Below the pieces are notes generated by a model. The model was given only the letters and a program-made list of their open reading frames with translations, made no database searches and was not told where the DNA came from. A DNA stretch of 63,562 nucleotides, taken from positions 592,226 to 655,787 of the forward strand of contig NW_018407979.1 of the NCBI RefSeq assembly GCF_002113885.1, in the 5' to 3' direction. The stretch is from Mizuhopecten yessoensis (taxonomy: Eukaryota). Both the position numbers and the translations under genes were made by a program. Positions 50,829 to 63,562 of this stretch are shown here, in pieces. Numbering within the stretch: position 1 is the first letter of the stretch; each line of letters opens with the position of its first letter.

Positions 50829-51028
50829 TTAGCTCTTGAAGGTATGTACGACTCGCACCACATACTGTCGACAAATCGGACACTCATTGAGGCGACGCCC
50901 ACATTGTGTGCAGGAGATCATGTGACCGCACTCCAGGAGCACACAGTCGATCGCGGCGTCCATACAGATCTTACAGATATCATCCTCCGGCTTCTCTCCA
51001 GTTACTGGCTCCGCCTTCTGATCTTTAG
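50829..51028 (-). CDS. RNF34: RNF34/RFFL-like exon 5 (terminal): (A)[65 protein letters not shown] - the C3HC4 RING finger
   Basis: Acceptor tgtcctttccag|CT (phase 2, completes the GCT codon). Stop TAA at 50829-50831. Near-identical to the human RNF34/RFFL RING ([47 protein letters not shown](K/R)S). Confidence 0.85.
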
Positions 51029-52362
51029 CTGGAAAGGACAAATATTGAACTTTGATTTTCTACTGATTACACATATAAGGAAAGCCAAATAATAAGTGTT
51101 GTTTGTTTCAGGTAACCCTACCTACCCTCATTTTTTGTGCCTATCCAAAACTCTTCTGAAAATATTCATTGAGGCACTGTTGAAGTGTAAATTACTCTCC
51201 TATATAAACTTTATACAAAAAAAAAAAAAAAATACAATTTTTTTTTATTACCTACATGTATTTACCCCTTTTTTTTTACAGATTGTGTGTAAGTGAAAAG
51301 TTATTTATAGTGGAACATATCACAAAAAGTATGAAATTAATAAGAGTTTTCAGCACACAAAAACAACCCCTATATGCTTTGGTCTAACTATTGCTGAGTT
51401 TGAACAGTCAATTATTTATACCTTTTTAATAATATTATTCTAAAAAGACGGTTTTTATATAAGTCTACTTAAAAGTCTACTTACATTCTGGTGAGTCTAT
51501 ATCTTTTACTGTAAAAAGAAAATGCAAAATTATTTAAATTGCTATCCATATCTCACATACATGTTCTTTTAAAGTTGATTTTTATTCTTCAAATTTAAAA
51601 TATTTACGTGTTATTTGAGAGTGACAATTTAGAGTAAGGTAATGTTGTTCTTAATTTTGCAATAAAGGAAGAACCAGTTGATAAAATGAATGTTTACATG
51701 TCGTTAAACCTGTCCAGCTTGATCAGATAAACATGTTCTTTCAAAGGATCAAGGCAGTATTGGTTTCTGATCTTTACTCAAAACTTGAAAGCCATATAAT
51801 ATATGAATCTAGTCCATACAGGTATACATGCACATATTGTTCATATTATACTTATATAAGAATGATTTGAGAGAGAATTAGAACTCTAAGTCAAAGAAAC
51901 CAATAAAGATTTTATGAAAAGGGCATAAGTTCCGTAAAATTGTACACAAAATAGAAAAAGGGGTATTTCTCTGGGAAAAACTGGTTGAAATGACAAAAAT
52001 TTTTTTGTGCCAACCATGTGGAAGTCACTGACGTCACATAGGGATCCTTCTATATCGTTTCTGCTTTGTGGGCGACACATACAAACTAGGGCACATAACT
52101 TCCTATCATAACGAGCATTATAATTGGTCAAGAATAGCAGAAGTAGCATGCTGAACCATATTTATATTGTAACAGAAATCAGAAAAGGGACATAACTCGA
52201 ACAAAAATTGTTAAAACGAAAATCTGATCACTCCATATCATAATGATCATTTTGACTTTGTTTCATTAAAATCAATCATTTATAAAATTCGGCTGCAGAT
52301 CGCACGCTGTTTTAATGATTCCCATTCTATAAAACGTTAACAGAAAACTTTACTTCTTTTAC

Positions 52363-52567
52363 CTTTTTGTTCGTTGGTCTTGTGTTCCCGCCACAACCTC
52401 TTGACTCTATCGACCAGCTCTGGTTTCTCGCAGCAGCCTTTGTAATTGACAAAGTTTGTGACCAGGACTTCCTTTAGCTGCCGGACTGTGAGGTTGTCAA
52501 CATCCTCCAGTGAGTTGATTTGGCCCAGATTCATCCTCACGCGAGGTGTGGCCGTCTCCCGAGGAAC
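52363..52567 (-). CDS. RNF34: RNF34/RFFL-like exon 4: VPRETATPRVRMNLGQINSLEDVDNLTVRQLKEVLVTNFVNYKGCCEKPELVDRVKRLWREHKTNEQK(+1 nt)
   Basis: Acceptor ttaccattatag|GTT. Donor AAAG|GTAAAAG, ending in phase 1. Matches human RNF34/RFFL L(E/D)D(V/I)EG(M/L)(S/T)VRQLKEILARNFVNY(S/K)GCCEKWEL(V/M)E(K/R)V(N/T)RLYK. Confidence 0.8.
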
Positions 52568-54100
52568 CTATAATGGTAATAAGGATACAATGTAATCTTA
52601 ACATACATGTGTACAACGGAACCTCGTAATGCCACCCAATCCCTTTGCCACCTCGTTTACTGCCATCATATGTGAAGTTCCTTTTTGCTTCTTTCCTTAA
52701 GAATTCCATACATGTTTCCCTCAATGCTAATTTTTCTCATGATAAATGGTATCAGTATAACAAGGTTTTACTGCAGTTACATCAGGGCAATAAAATTGCC
52801 ATTCGTCTGATACAATTTTTCAGGTAACGAACATTGTTTTTTGATCACTACAGCTACATCATTCCTATAACATGAAGAAAAGAATTGATTTTGATACTTT
52901 ACCGTTATTTATAATGAGCTAATACATGATAAATTTCTAAATAAGTATGTAACCATTTTTTTTTTTTATTTTTTTTTATAATACACTGCGTGGATACATA
53001 AACATCCAAAGACATAACAATAAATCTCCTTATTTGAAACAATCTTTCCTTCCTTACTCATTTACAGGGTCTCCTGTATCTTACAATGGTTGGACAGATG
53101 AATGAGATATATATATGGGTGGTTATCATGTTTGTCCAACTTCAGTTAGTTAATTTTCAGATTGTACAAGGTTTAATGAACTAGTTAAACATGATAATCA
53201 ACCGTCACAAGTTTGGGGTCCTTTTTCTCCCACAATGTTCAGATAACCATGTTCCTCTTTGGAGTACATTATTCCTCTTTCTGATCGGGGAAACAATTGC
53301 CACAAACTTTGACGTCACAAAGTATTGTTATGTGACGTCATAATAAGAAGATTGACCACTGAAAAACAAGCCATTCGTATTGATATGCCTCGCCTATGCC
53401 CGCCCTCCTTTGACCATCAATGGACATAACAGAGAAACAAACTTAAAAGCTAACCAACTGAGGTACTTGGTCAATGGTAGTTGAGCTACTGTTTAGCCAG
53501 GGTCTCCTCTGGCCCTGACACCAGACTTTGACATTTTGACAGATAGATGTCTGTTGTGGGACCAGAGCGCACTGCTATATGAAAACCATCGTACAAAATG
53601 TACCAATCCGGACCGGAAAAAGAAAATATCATTCTTGTTTATAGGAATTCCGGACCGTCTCTTTTTGTTGATTAGTCACTTCCTTGACTTACAAAATGAG
53701 CGTTCACTCGGGTGGAAAATTTTGACCAATTGAAAACCGAGGACTCTACTGATTGAATTGTGAAGCTGTTGGTGATAATAAGAACGGAGTTGGATCAATA
53801 AATAATCCATTTATCGATATATGCGTTGTGTCATAAACAATTTTTGTTGTCAACACCTGAAAACTTTCTAATACGAAAAATTCCACATTTTCATATAGTA
53901 GTGCGCTCTGGCCCAATGCCAGACATCTACAGTATATCTGTCAAAATGACGAAGTCTGGTGTCAGGGCCAGAGGAAACTCGGACTACGCTACAGTTATAT
54001 CCAATGAAATTAACGGGAGGTTACTGTATTTATAGAAAACCCACAGAAGAACTCTCTAGTGTTTTGCCTGCAGTGGGACGTGGATCCTTAAACACATTAC

Positions 54101-54343
54101 CTCTTCATCTTCCTCCTCCCCAAAAATTTCTTGTCGAAACATGGCTTGTCTCATTTCCGCCTCCTGTCTCTGTCTTAGCCTATCTCCCCGTTCTGCCTCA
54201 GACTCTGGCGCGGGGGGTTGGGTTGGCTGCTGGGGGGCGGGGGTTTGCGGTCCCTGGGGTTGGTGGGAGTTGTGGGTGTCCTGAGTGCCTCCACTGCTTA
54301 TTGTACTACCAGACAGGCTACTTGGCTGTCTAGATAGTGACTC
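54101..54343 (-). CDS. RNF34: RNF34/RFFL-like exon 3: Ser-rich then Pro/Gln-rich then acidic linker (ESLSRQPSSLSGSTISSGGTQDTHNSHQPQGPQTPAPQQPTQPPAPESEAERGDRLRQRQEAEMRQAMFRQEIFGEEEDEE), 81 codons, phase 0 to 0
   Basis: Only one of the three minus-strand frames is open. Acceptor ttgtattgtaacaaatgtag|GAG. Donor GAG|GTAATG at 54100. The composition matches the Ser-rich/acidic middle region of CARP proteins, and the phase is compatible with both neighbouring exons. Confidence 0.55.
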
Positions 54344-54635
54344 CTACATTTGTTACAATACAAAACAATTTCATTAAGTTCTTCTTTTATGCAACATTAG
54401 ATTCACATTAAATTGAAGTCATAGAGCCAACATGGTATGAGTTACAGGTAGGTAGAACAGTCTGGCACTGCTCTGAGTATGGATACCGAAGCGTATGCAG
54501 GGTGATAGGTATTGAATATGTAAATACAAGAGGCCCAATGGGCCTGCATCGCTCACCTGGTATTAATCTCACAATTGTTAACTTAAAAGTGAACTAAAAT
54601 AAAGCTACAGGCAAAATATCAGTGTCTTGACTTCA

Positions 54636-55450
54636 GAAGAACCTGTTAAATGATTAAAACACATTTGACCCCTGTGACCTTGAAAGTCAAACATGGACAT
54701 TTAAAGTTGAACAAACGTCATAGCCCTTCCTACAAGAATGCAACTTGCCAAATATCACCACCTTATATCTTTTGTTTATTGAGAAGATGACTTTTAAAGA
54801 TTTATACACTATGGACCAGATGTGACCATGAAAGTGTGTCATGGTCAATTCAGAAGAAGTCGTTTAAAGATTTCAACATATTTGACCTCTATGACCTTGA
54901 ATTGGGCAAAAGTCATTAATTTGAACAAACTTTGTAGCCATTCATGCCAACATCCTACTGGCCAAATATCATCATCCTGGACCTTTTGGTTATACAGAAG
55001 AAGTTGTTTAATGGTTTTTAAGACAATTGACCCCTTTGACCTTGAATATGAGTGAAGGTCATCTGTTTGAACAAACTTGGTAGCCCTTTATCCAAGCATG
55101 CTACTGGCTAAATATCAACACCCTAGACATTTTGGTTATTTAGAAGAAGTTATTTAAAGATTTCTACATATTTGACCCCCCTGTGACCTTGAATATAGGC
55201 AAAGGTCATTCATTAGAACAAACTTGGTAGTGCTTCATTCCAGCATGTTAATGGCAATATATCATCATCCTCGGCCTTCTGCTTATTCAGAAGATGTTGT
55301 TTAAAGATTTTAACATATTTGACCCCTGTGCCCTTGAAAATGGGCAAAGGTCATTCATTTGAACAAACTTGGTAGCCCTTTATCCCAGCATGCTACTGAC
55401 TAAATATCATTATCCTGGGCCTCTGGGTTATTCAGAAGATGTTGTTTAAG
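54636..55450. repeat. Satellite-like tandem array, about 5.5 copies of a roughly 145-bp unit (...TTTGACC(C)CTGTGACCTTGAA...GGTCATTCATTTGAACAAACTTGGTAGCCCTT...CATCATCCTGG...TTCAGAAGA(A/T)GTTGTTTAAAGATTT...)
   Basis: Direct periodicity of about 143-147 bp. Lies in the intron between RNF34-like exons 2 and 3. Confidence 0.75.
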
Positions 55451-56107
55451 TAAAAAGTTGACGATGGACGACGGACGCCGCACCATGGCATAAGCTCACT
55501 TGGCCAGGTGAGCTAATAAGAAGGGGATTCCAATCACAACACAGCCGACACGCCTGAACTTTGTTGTCACTGTAACCTCTCTCAATATATCAAATCCACA
55601 TGATGCTAATACATGTATACCTTTACACAAAATGAGTGCATTATCAGATTGGTTTATTTTCGATACAAGTACCAGCAAATGGGAAATTTTCACCCTCATA
55701 ATGCTTTTCTTTCTTATATCCACTCATCAACTGGAGAGTGAATTCAACCTTGGCTCAAAATGTGGAATTAGGGTGATTACCTCAGTATTGATTTTCTTTC
55801 CAAATTTACTTTATATATATATATATACAATGTACATATAGGGCTATTTCTCGAAATAACTCATCTACAAAATCTGTTTAAAAACCAGAGTTATGGGCTT
55901 ATAAAGGACAAGTCATATAAAAGATGTATTTTGAGTTGGTGCTCTAACATCAATCGGTACAATTTTCCAAACTATTATTTCAAAAAACTGAATGATATAC
56001 ATGTACTTGATTAATTCAGTATTCATGCAGAAATTTGAATTACATGTATTACAGTGTAGGAGATTTAAAGAGACCAAAGAAAGTATGTTTAACAGTTGAC
56101 AACTTAC

Positions 56108-56398
56108 CAAGTCTTCTACTTCCGCAGACTCTTGGGTAGGGGATTTGGCGAAGTTGACAAACAACAGATCTATGAGATCGTGTTTCTCTTTACACGTGTT
56201 TGTCGAGACGTTCCGTTTATTGAGCAAGATTCGTAATTCCTTTACCTTCCATTTCATCAGGTCAGACCGGGTGAATTTTCCCGACATTAGCACTTTACAA
56301 GTGTTACATTGTCTGTATGTCGATCGGTTATTGACCGGGTCCCGATAACGATGCACACAGCTTGAACAAAAGTTTCTATCACAGTATCGACAAATTTT
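56108..56398 (-). CDS. RNF34: RNF34/RFFL-like exon 2: KICRYCDRNFCSSCVHRYRDPVNNRSTYRQCNTCKVLMSGKFTRSDLMKWKVKELRILLNKRNVSTNTCKEKHDLIDLLFVNFAKSP...VEDL (97 codons)
   Basis: Acceptor cacttttacag|AAA. Donor TTG|GTAAGT at 56107. Matches the human RNF34/RFFL segment CCDCKKDFCSVCS...LMRLKVKDLRQYL...CREKEDLVDLVL. Confidence 0.75.
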
Positions 56399-57051
56399 CT
56401 GTAAAAGTGAAATAAAAAAATAGTCAATTTTTTAAAAATATAATAATGTTTTATAAAATGGTTATGATTTGGAGAAAAAAAATGATTTTCTGTCATCTAG
56501 AATTTTTGAACTGTCATAATCTTGTTCCTATCCCCGATCTTTATATTTTTGGCAGAGCTATTGTGATCTTGTTATGGCCAAATATATCAGCAGAACCCCT
56601 CACTTTCCATCAAGAAGAGAAATAATGAGTTCCATAATTTAAAACAATTCTAGATTTATTTAATACTATATTTAAAGGTCAAGTTTACCAATTTTATTAA
56701 ACTACTCCATTGAAACAGCGTCATGAAGTAATTAAATCATCTGTACATCAATGAAATATTTTCATGAAAAATATAATTTCATGAAAAAATCATCCCAAAT
56801 AGCAGTTGTGAAATGATATACACAAGTAAATGTTAGTAGGATGTTTCTTTGTTATAAAATTTTTTCCAATGTATTTATTTTCTGATATGCAATAAAACTT
56901 GAAGTAGACACATAAAAATATTAAGAAACTTTTCAAATCTTATAAATTTAATTATCATTCATTGTATGCCTACCAATGCAAGCTCTTTAGATTACGATCT
57001 GGTGTATTGAAAGAGGTTGACCCGTCACTTTTAGGTTTTTGAAAAATTTAC

Positions 57052-57219
57052 CTTTCTCTTGAAAAGATTGAAGTTTGTTTGGCAAGCTTCACACGTCATG
57101 ATGTTTGGAGCAGTCGACTGTTGTTGGCCCCGATTAAAGTTCACATTGGTTGTGTAGCCCGAAGATTGAAAGGTGAAGGTCGCTGTGCCATTTTGCCCTC
57201 GCACTGCTGCTGCACCCAT
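57052..57219 (-). CDS. RNF34: RNF34/RFFL-like (CARP family) E3 ligase exon 1: MGAAAVRGQNGTATFTFQSSGYTTNVNFNRGQQQSTAPNIMTCEACQTNFNLFKRK (first half of the FYVE-like zinc finger)
   Basis: In-frame ATG at 57219 (minus). The upstream stop is 5 codons away. Donor AAG|GTAAAT at 57051. Aligns with human RNF34 residues about 20-75 (MGTGAVRGQQSAF...NIVCKACGLSFSVFRKK). Confidence 0.65.
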
Positions 57220-59173
57220 CAGATCATACACTCAAGGTCAGTCAAACAAAATCTCAAGGTCATTCAGGAAATCAATTCAAGGGCATATGTTCGTTAATAA
57301 TTCAGCTTGTTGATATCCAGATTGATTGTTTGGCACAATTTGTTTATTAGCAGCTAGGGGCTATACACTTGTATCATCTGAAAAGAAGTGAAAACAAAAT
57401 CACAGTAAGATTCAAACTTGTTTTACCACACTAGAACTACGTATAATATAGGTCTTCACATCAACTTCATGTAGGCCTAGGGCTGCAACAATATTGTCTC
57501 GTATCTTATTGTGAAATTATCTTGTGTATCAAATTGAATCAATTTGTTTGCCTGTATCGCGATACACGAACAGTATCAAATTATCAATCAATTTTCTTTA
57601 TCAAACTGTAAATATTATTATTTTTATAATTATTCAGAATATATGGTCCACTGTATAGTCACACCCAAAAGTACTAAAAATTATACAAAATTATTTCAAT
57701 AGTATTACTATTGAAGTCTGACGAATTTGATATTTGTATCGTGATATGTATCGTATGATAAGCATACCATGGTACCATGAGTTAGGCAGCTCTAGTTTCA
57801 TATAATGTTAGTCTGTAATATGATTTTGAGAAGATTATATTGATTAAAATTATGGATGAAAATATCAGGTGGAGTAGAATAGTCTTTAAAGTAATGTCAT
57901 AAGGAGAATATTACCCTTCAATTTCTAGAAACCCATCCAATGGTACAGAGGAAGAAGGATTTTAAAGACTTATGCCTCAAATTTGGGCCCCATCCCTCTG
58001 GACCCAGAGGGGCAACACCCTTCGTTTATTCAAAATTAAGACCCCATTGGCCAAGGATGCTCCTGAGAGTCAATATCACAAATAACAAACCTCCACATGA
58101 TTATAATTCAACCAATGAGAATATTGGAAAAAATGGTGTGTTATCGTCTTATATAACATTTCATTGAATGGTAATAGGATGGTCACCGTGACACGTTACT
58201 TTGTTCTATAGAGACATTGATTTCAAGCACCTGTTGTCAATACTTTCCACTCTACTGAATAGTCACAATATGATCCAACCAAGTTAACATGGCATTCAAA
58301 CTGACTATGAATGCAATGACCCATGCTGTAATGTCATCATTGTTATGACGTCATAAATGTAACATTTCCATACCACTAATCCTCTTTTGAATATGGCTGT
58401 TCAATAAATTAAACAAGCCAGCTACACAATGCAAGTATTGAACAGCATTTAATTGGCATTCATAGACAATATGAATGCTAGCTGGAACATGACAAATTAG
58501 ACATGAAACGCTAGCAGCCTGCTTCACAGAATTGGTAATATTCCAGTTGGTGTTTATTATGCTTCATGCTTAATTTGTCAATTTACAGTTGGCATTCATG
58601 TTGACAATGAATGCCAACTGAAAACAGTATTTTTGTTTAGTGTTTACTGACTATTGAAATATAATTGCGTGATTTTCTTTCCTCTAATGTAGACATTTTT
58701 GAACATGTTTTTGTAGGTTATTACAGTAAAAACGCGAAGAAACTATCCATAATCATTGAGAACCTTTGAATTGTATATACGTGCAAAGATTGACCAGAAC
58801 TTATCTGTCATATATTAAATATTATGTTATATTACATAAATGTCTGCATTTAGATCTTTTGTAAATAATTTCATATATTTATTGTATGTGGACAACATTT
58901 ATTAACAATTTATATGTACATATATATATATGAAATAAATTGCAACAAGCATGAATATATACGTTTCCACATGAACAAACAAGTGGTATCTTCTGCCTGA
59001 AAGCATATTATCCTAAACTATTTCATTTAAAATAATAATAATAATAATCTTTTTATTTAACGTCGTGTACAATTTGACACAATATTGTAAAAATGTGATT
59101 CATATATATGAATATAGGCAACAGATTTTGCTTCACAGAAATTAAATTGTTTACTTCAATCACAGATACTGTC

Positions 59174-59250
59174 CTAGCCTTGTCTGTCAATACACCCATA
59201 ATATAATATGAGTATATATATTATATTATGAGTGTATTGACAGACGAGGC
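59174..59250. repeat. Hairpin with about 36-bp arms (CTAGCCTTGTCTGTCAATACACCCATAATATAATAT / ATATTATATTATGAGTGTATTGACAGACGAGGCTAG)
   Basis: Reverse-complement identity. Confidence 0.75.
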
Positions 59251-62200
59251 TAGACCTTGGATATTTTCACAAAAGTATTTTGTCTAAATCAATAGTTTTT
59301 TTTTAATTATATCATAACCTCATCCAACTCAATAATTTTGTTTAAACATTATTTTTCGATCTTACCTTTAATAGCTGTTAATTTTCTGAATTTCCTGTTA
59401 TACAGAATAACTGACAAGGAAGTAAAACGTCTAATCTAATTCCGTGCCAAAACGGTGCTTTCTAGAACTCTGGTGTTATACAGGGGTCATCAACTTACTA
59501 GTGTATACCGAAAATAGCATAATAATGTACAGCAAAATGCATATATCATCTGATATACCTGTACAGGGCTAATTCCAAACTAGGGCAGTAGGGGACAAAA
59601 TCACATGACAAAGACGAAGTCAATGTGAAAACAAGTGACTGCTGGCAGATGTGTACACACGTCTGTGTATATATCACATATATACACTGCAGACAACAGT
59701 AGACACTATGTAATACAGTACACAAGTACACGCGTACGCACCCATGTAAACACAAGGGACTTTTCATAATAATTTCAGTAAAAATTCTGAGAACGACGGC
59801 CAATAAACATGCACAGGTCTGTCACCGTTTTATGAAGGAAATGGTGAACTCAAAATAATCCTTAAAGGAATAGCGTACCGGAATTATCAAACCAAGTCCT
59901 CTGCTATGTCTGCTGTATGTTGTGAGTGTCACTTATTACGTTTCGACAGTCCGTCACGGTTCAGTTGTTCCACCATACCTTTTCTTCCCGTTACCAATTG
60001 TCACCAATGCCGCGTACGTCAATAATCGTGGTCAATCGTAAACTTCAATCGAAGCTCTTACTCTGTCTCGAACGTTCAAGCGTATTGGAAACCACGAACT
60101 CGTGGATGTGAGGCACCAAGGGATATTATGAGAAATTATAATGTAGGGTTATCGCGTGTGTGTACAGTGCTATGCAATCTGTGAAACCCGTCAGCTAAAA
60201 TTAAAGCTGACGAGACTCATTCTGAACCAAATGAATAATTATCTAACTATTTAATGAAAAGATCACCATCTTAAATATTATTCATTAATTTTGTTAAAAA
60301 GTATCTGATAAAAAAAGTTCAATGTCTTGACAGGTGCTGCATGTAACTTACCCACATATAATTTCCATCAGAACAGCTAATCTATTGCCTTTCAACAGAG
60401 ACGTATATATTACATGTATATACGTCTTTGCGTTCAATGACATATTTTTCTATATGATAACTATACTGTGTTTTGTCCTAAATTCGGTTAGTGCTAATTC
60501 TAATAATTTACAAAGTATATCCTATATACTGGTTTTTTATGTCTCTGGTTTCTCTTTCTGGGCGAAACGACTTCATCCTGAACAGCAGTCATTACTATTA
60601 GAGCAGTGCATAATATGTAAACCAAAATCCCCACTATGTCAACATAAGATATATGTATAACTGGAGTGGTACTCCGATACCTATACACGTGACTTATTAA
60701 TTCTAGACTAAATGATATACATTTAAATATATATTGTTTTAGTATATTCACGGTTAGATAAATCTATTTCTGTGGTATTTTTTTTTATTCCATTTTTTTT
60801 TTACAATACAAGACATATATGACATTATACATAAGTATACATGGCTGTTCATATACATATTTTTTTAATTTTATTTAAATAAATTACTCTGATCTCATTT
60901 ATCAATCAATGTACATGTATACATTTTGACAAGAAAAAATTAAATATCTTTATATAATTTAATTTTGCCTGTCTCCCCCATAATATTGTTTTTTGGTAAC
61001 AACTGATGACGGAACTAATTTTTACACTTTAGAATGCAAAATTACAACACAGCTTTTGTTTAGCGCAATTGTTTAGTTTACGTAAAAAATAAATAAATCT
61101 TTAACTGTGCATTTACAACGTGTTTGTCTATTATTTTTAAATTAAATTATAAAGAATGCCCAAGATTTTGTTTTGGTATATACGGTATATACCGAAAATA
61201 AATTGTGCACTTTTTTGCATAAACCTTAAGTACATTAAAATTAGAAGATTTGTATCGATCTCCCGTTTCCTACTTTCAGAGGAACAGTGATTCATGACTT
61301 AAAAATGAAGTGTTTTAGAAGGAAAAGACACTTAAATAAATCCTTTATAATTCATGATTACTCATGCAAATTAGTAACCCGGACACGAACAATTATATCA
61401 ACGTTTTACTAGCATATATATATATAATGTATCTCCTCTCGGTACATATGATTTTTTACTTGCAAATTGAATATGAAAGCAAATGAGAAAGAGTTACTGA
61501 CAAAGAGTAAAAAATATGTAACAGGAAAGAGAGAAGGGTTAGTAGAAAGGTAATTTATCACAACCAGTAAGTGTTTCTATGTGACGTTTCCGTGACTAGT
61601 ACGGTACGTACCTTGTCACCTTCATCAGACAAATGACCAGCGAAGAAGCGCACGGTAGTTGTTAGACTGGCTACCTGCAGCCCCTAAGTTTTTATGAAGA
61701 ATTTCTCAACTGCATTTTACTACTACCTTATCTCCCTCTAGTTTAGAACTTCCAAGTGATAAAAAATTTTTGAGTTAATATTTTTTTCTTAATAATTCAA
61801 TATTCTAGAGACGGGGGCCAGTCTAGGTAGTTTTTTTTGTTGATTAAAAAAAAAAAATATTCAAAATTAAACTGCCAAAAAATGTTAAAACTCTTTTATT
61901 GGCATGGCTTTGTAAATCATAAATCATATTTCAAGAACCCCATATGAAACATATGAACTTTTATGAAACATAACAAAGATAAAATAGTACACAATCAAAA
62001 TATGAAACGTTTGTTGTAAGCAGATTCTGTACTGTGTAAACATAAAATTAACAGTTTCGCCGTCAGTTTCACAGGTGCTAAACAGTTTTAAACACGATTT
62101 AATAGCATAGACAGTTTCATAACAGCCAAGTTACACATGAGTCCACATATCTATCTATGTCATCAGCCATTATTAAATGTATATTACGGGGACGGTATCA

Positions 62201-62254
62201 CTGCGCCAGTTATTATCACGAAGGAGATCACCATTCAATTTTACTTGGAATATC

Positions 62255-62447
62255 CTCCGTCTTTGCTTATTGCAGAGTTATCTTCTCTTGTGAGCATGCA
62301 TGTATTGATTGTTACGTCATTTGTTTGTGAGAGTAACGTCATCATTTTTTGAGAAAAAGACGTAATTTTCTCACACAAACCAATGACGTAACAATCAATA
62401 CCTGCTCACAAGAGAAGATAACTCTGCAATACGCAAAGACGGAATAG
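62255..62447. mobile_element. Fold-back/MITE family E copy
   Basis: Same termini and palindromic structure as 40460-40649. Confidence 0.6.
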
Positions 62448-63562
62448 AAGATGAACGAACCAAACCGATTTTTTTCTGACTTATAGTAATTTTCCCTGTC
62501 AAATTATCAATGGGCTTTTCGGCCTTTCCCTTCGAGATGTGAATATGGTTGCTGTGACAACGTTTGTAAAGTGCATGGTTCGCAATGTAAAGGTCATGAG
62601 TTCGACCCCTGCAATTTTTCTGTTTTCTGTTTTATTTGTATTTTCAAACTTTCATCAAATTTTGAACCATTTTGATTCTGAAAAAATGCAAGGCAGTATG
62701 TGATTTTTATAGAATAGTTCTTTTGAAAAGGACTAAAACAAATATTTTGCAATAGTGACAAATGTTATATATTTTGACTAGGTGGTACCCTTAATTTACC
62801 TTAAATGCTTAATGCTCTTATACATAATTTGTAAAAGAATACTTTATGATTTATTTACTGAATACTTATTAAAACTGTAATTTCAGGACATTTCCTTTAT
62901 TCAACATCAACACGTTCCTCCCTTTTAATTTATACAAAATCTTCCCTTCACCTAGTTAGAAACTCACAAGGTATCCCCTAACAAACAGTCTATCAACACG
63001 AAGTAACATCAGGTCGCTCTAGACAACTGAGTCTGCATAATCAGCACGTTAGGCTAATACAGTTACAGTTGCGCTCAAATTTCATACAATAAAAAAGTCT
63101 TTTTGATACACATAACACACTATGGATACACTTGTTAACAATAACATGAGCGTAGGGTACCTATGCTGGTAAACGATCGAGCGCAATCTGAGACGTCAAA
63201 TGGACATGTGTAATTTTGTATCTTTTTTTTTTATTCGAAGGCATATGGTTTTTCTGTACAAGTTGACTCATCACTGTCCCGTTTTAATGTTCAAATTACT
63301 TCCCGAAATGTTGAACTGAACAAGAATGCCCCCCCCCCCCAAAAAAAAAACCAACCCCCCCGACATTGGCGATCAATTAATGACGTCACGTTATCATAGT
63401 GTAAAATGATGCTAAAATGATCGGAACCCATACCTTTTTCAGTTCGTCGATTTGATCAGTGGATAACAACTGATGAGTTTCAAGCGAAACTAGGATATCT
63501 TTGGCTCATTCTGCCTCTATTGAAAGCACTGCTTGTAGCGAGGCAGGATCGTGTTTTCCCGA

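Noticed and set aside
53959-54333. 124-aa plus-strand ORF (Pro/Gly-rich)
   Set aside because: It is the mirror image of RNF34-like exon 3 on the opposite strand. The minus-strand frame carries the gene's phase-consistent splice sites.
1-63562. Prokaryotic-style features (operons, CRISPR, RBS, rho-independent terminators)
   Set aside because: The sequence is plainly eukaryotic, with GT/AG introns, SINEs and MITEs, low CpG with islands, and MVP and RNF34 homologues. No CRISPR-like regular repeat-spacer array is present.

Overview
This window is AT-rich eukaryotic (metazoan, almost certainly invertebrate) nuclear DNA, not a prokaryotic locus. There are no operons, rRNA genes, CRISPR arrays or bona fide tRNA genes. 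Three spliced protein-coding genes can be reconstructed directly from the sequence.

1. A large nuclear protein on the minus strand. Its 4.4-kb main coding exon (13944-18377) encodes an acidic, disordered N-terminus, many AT-hook-like GRP/RGR motifs and three pairs of C2H2 zinc fingers. A further C2H2-bearing terminal exon lies at 10986-11794.

2. A complete major vault protein (MVP) gene on the plus strand: nine coding exons at 30495-37290 with canonical GT/AG introns, giving a protein of about 859 aa. Immediately upstream is an array of seven NF-Y-type CCAAT boxes of the form AACCAATCA(G/A)AATG.

3. An RNF34/RFFL (CARP)-type E3 ubiquitin ligase on the minus strand. It has five coding exons at 50829-57219 (FYVE-like zinc finger, Ser/acidic linker, helical segment, C-terminal C3HC4 RING), giving about 368 aa.

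The intergenic and intronic DNA is packed with short non-autonomous elements:
- MITE family A: ten copies of a ~90-bp palindromic element flanked by TTAA.
- MITE family B: eight copies of a second ~90-bp element with piggyBac-type termini (TTAA|CCC...GGG|TTAA). It shares a TTCACCCCT terminal core with family A.
- Three same-orientation copies of a tRNA-derived SINE with an (ATT)n tail.
- Two copies of a ~190-bp fold-back element carrying bZIP-like TTACGTCA motifs.
- Three copies of a ~210-bp repeat.
- A ~145-bp satellite, several minisatellites and a few near-perfect long hairpins.

The three gene models are the most useful result. The most unusual sequence-level observations are the CCAAT-box array that duplicates the MVP start-codon context, the two related TTAA-targeting MITE families, and a phase inconsistency in the zinc-finger gene that points to a missing exon.
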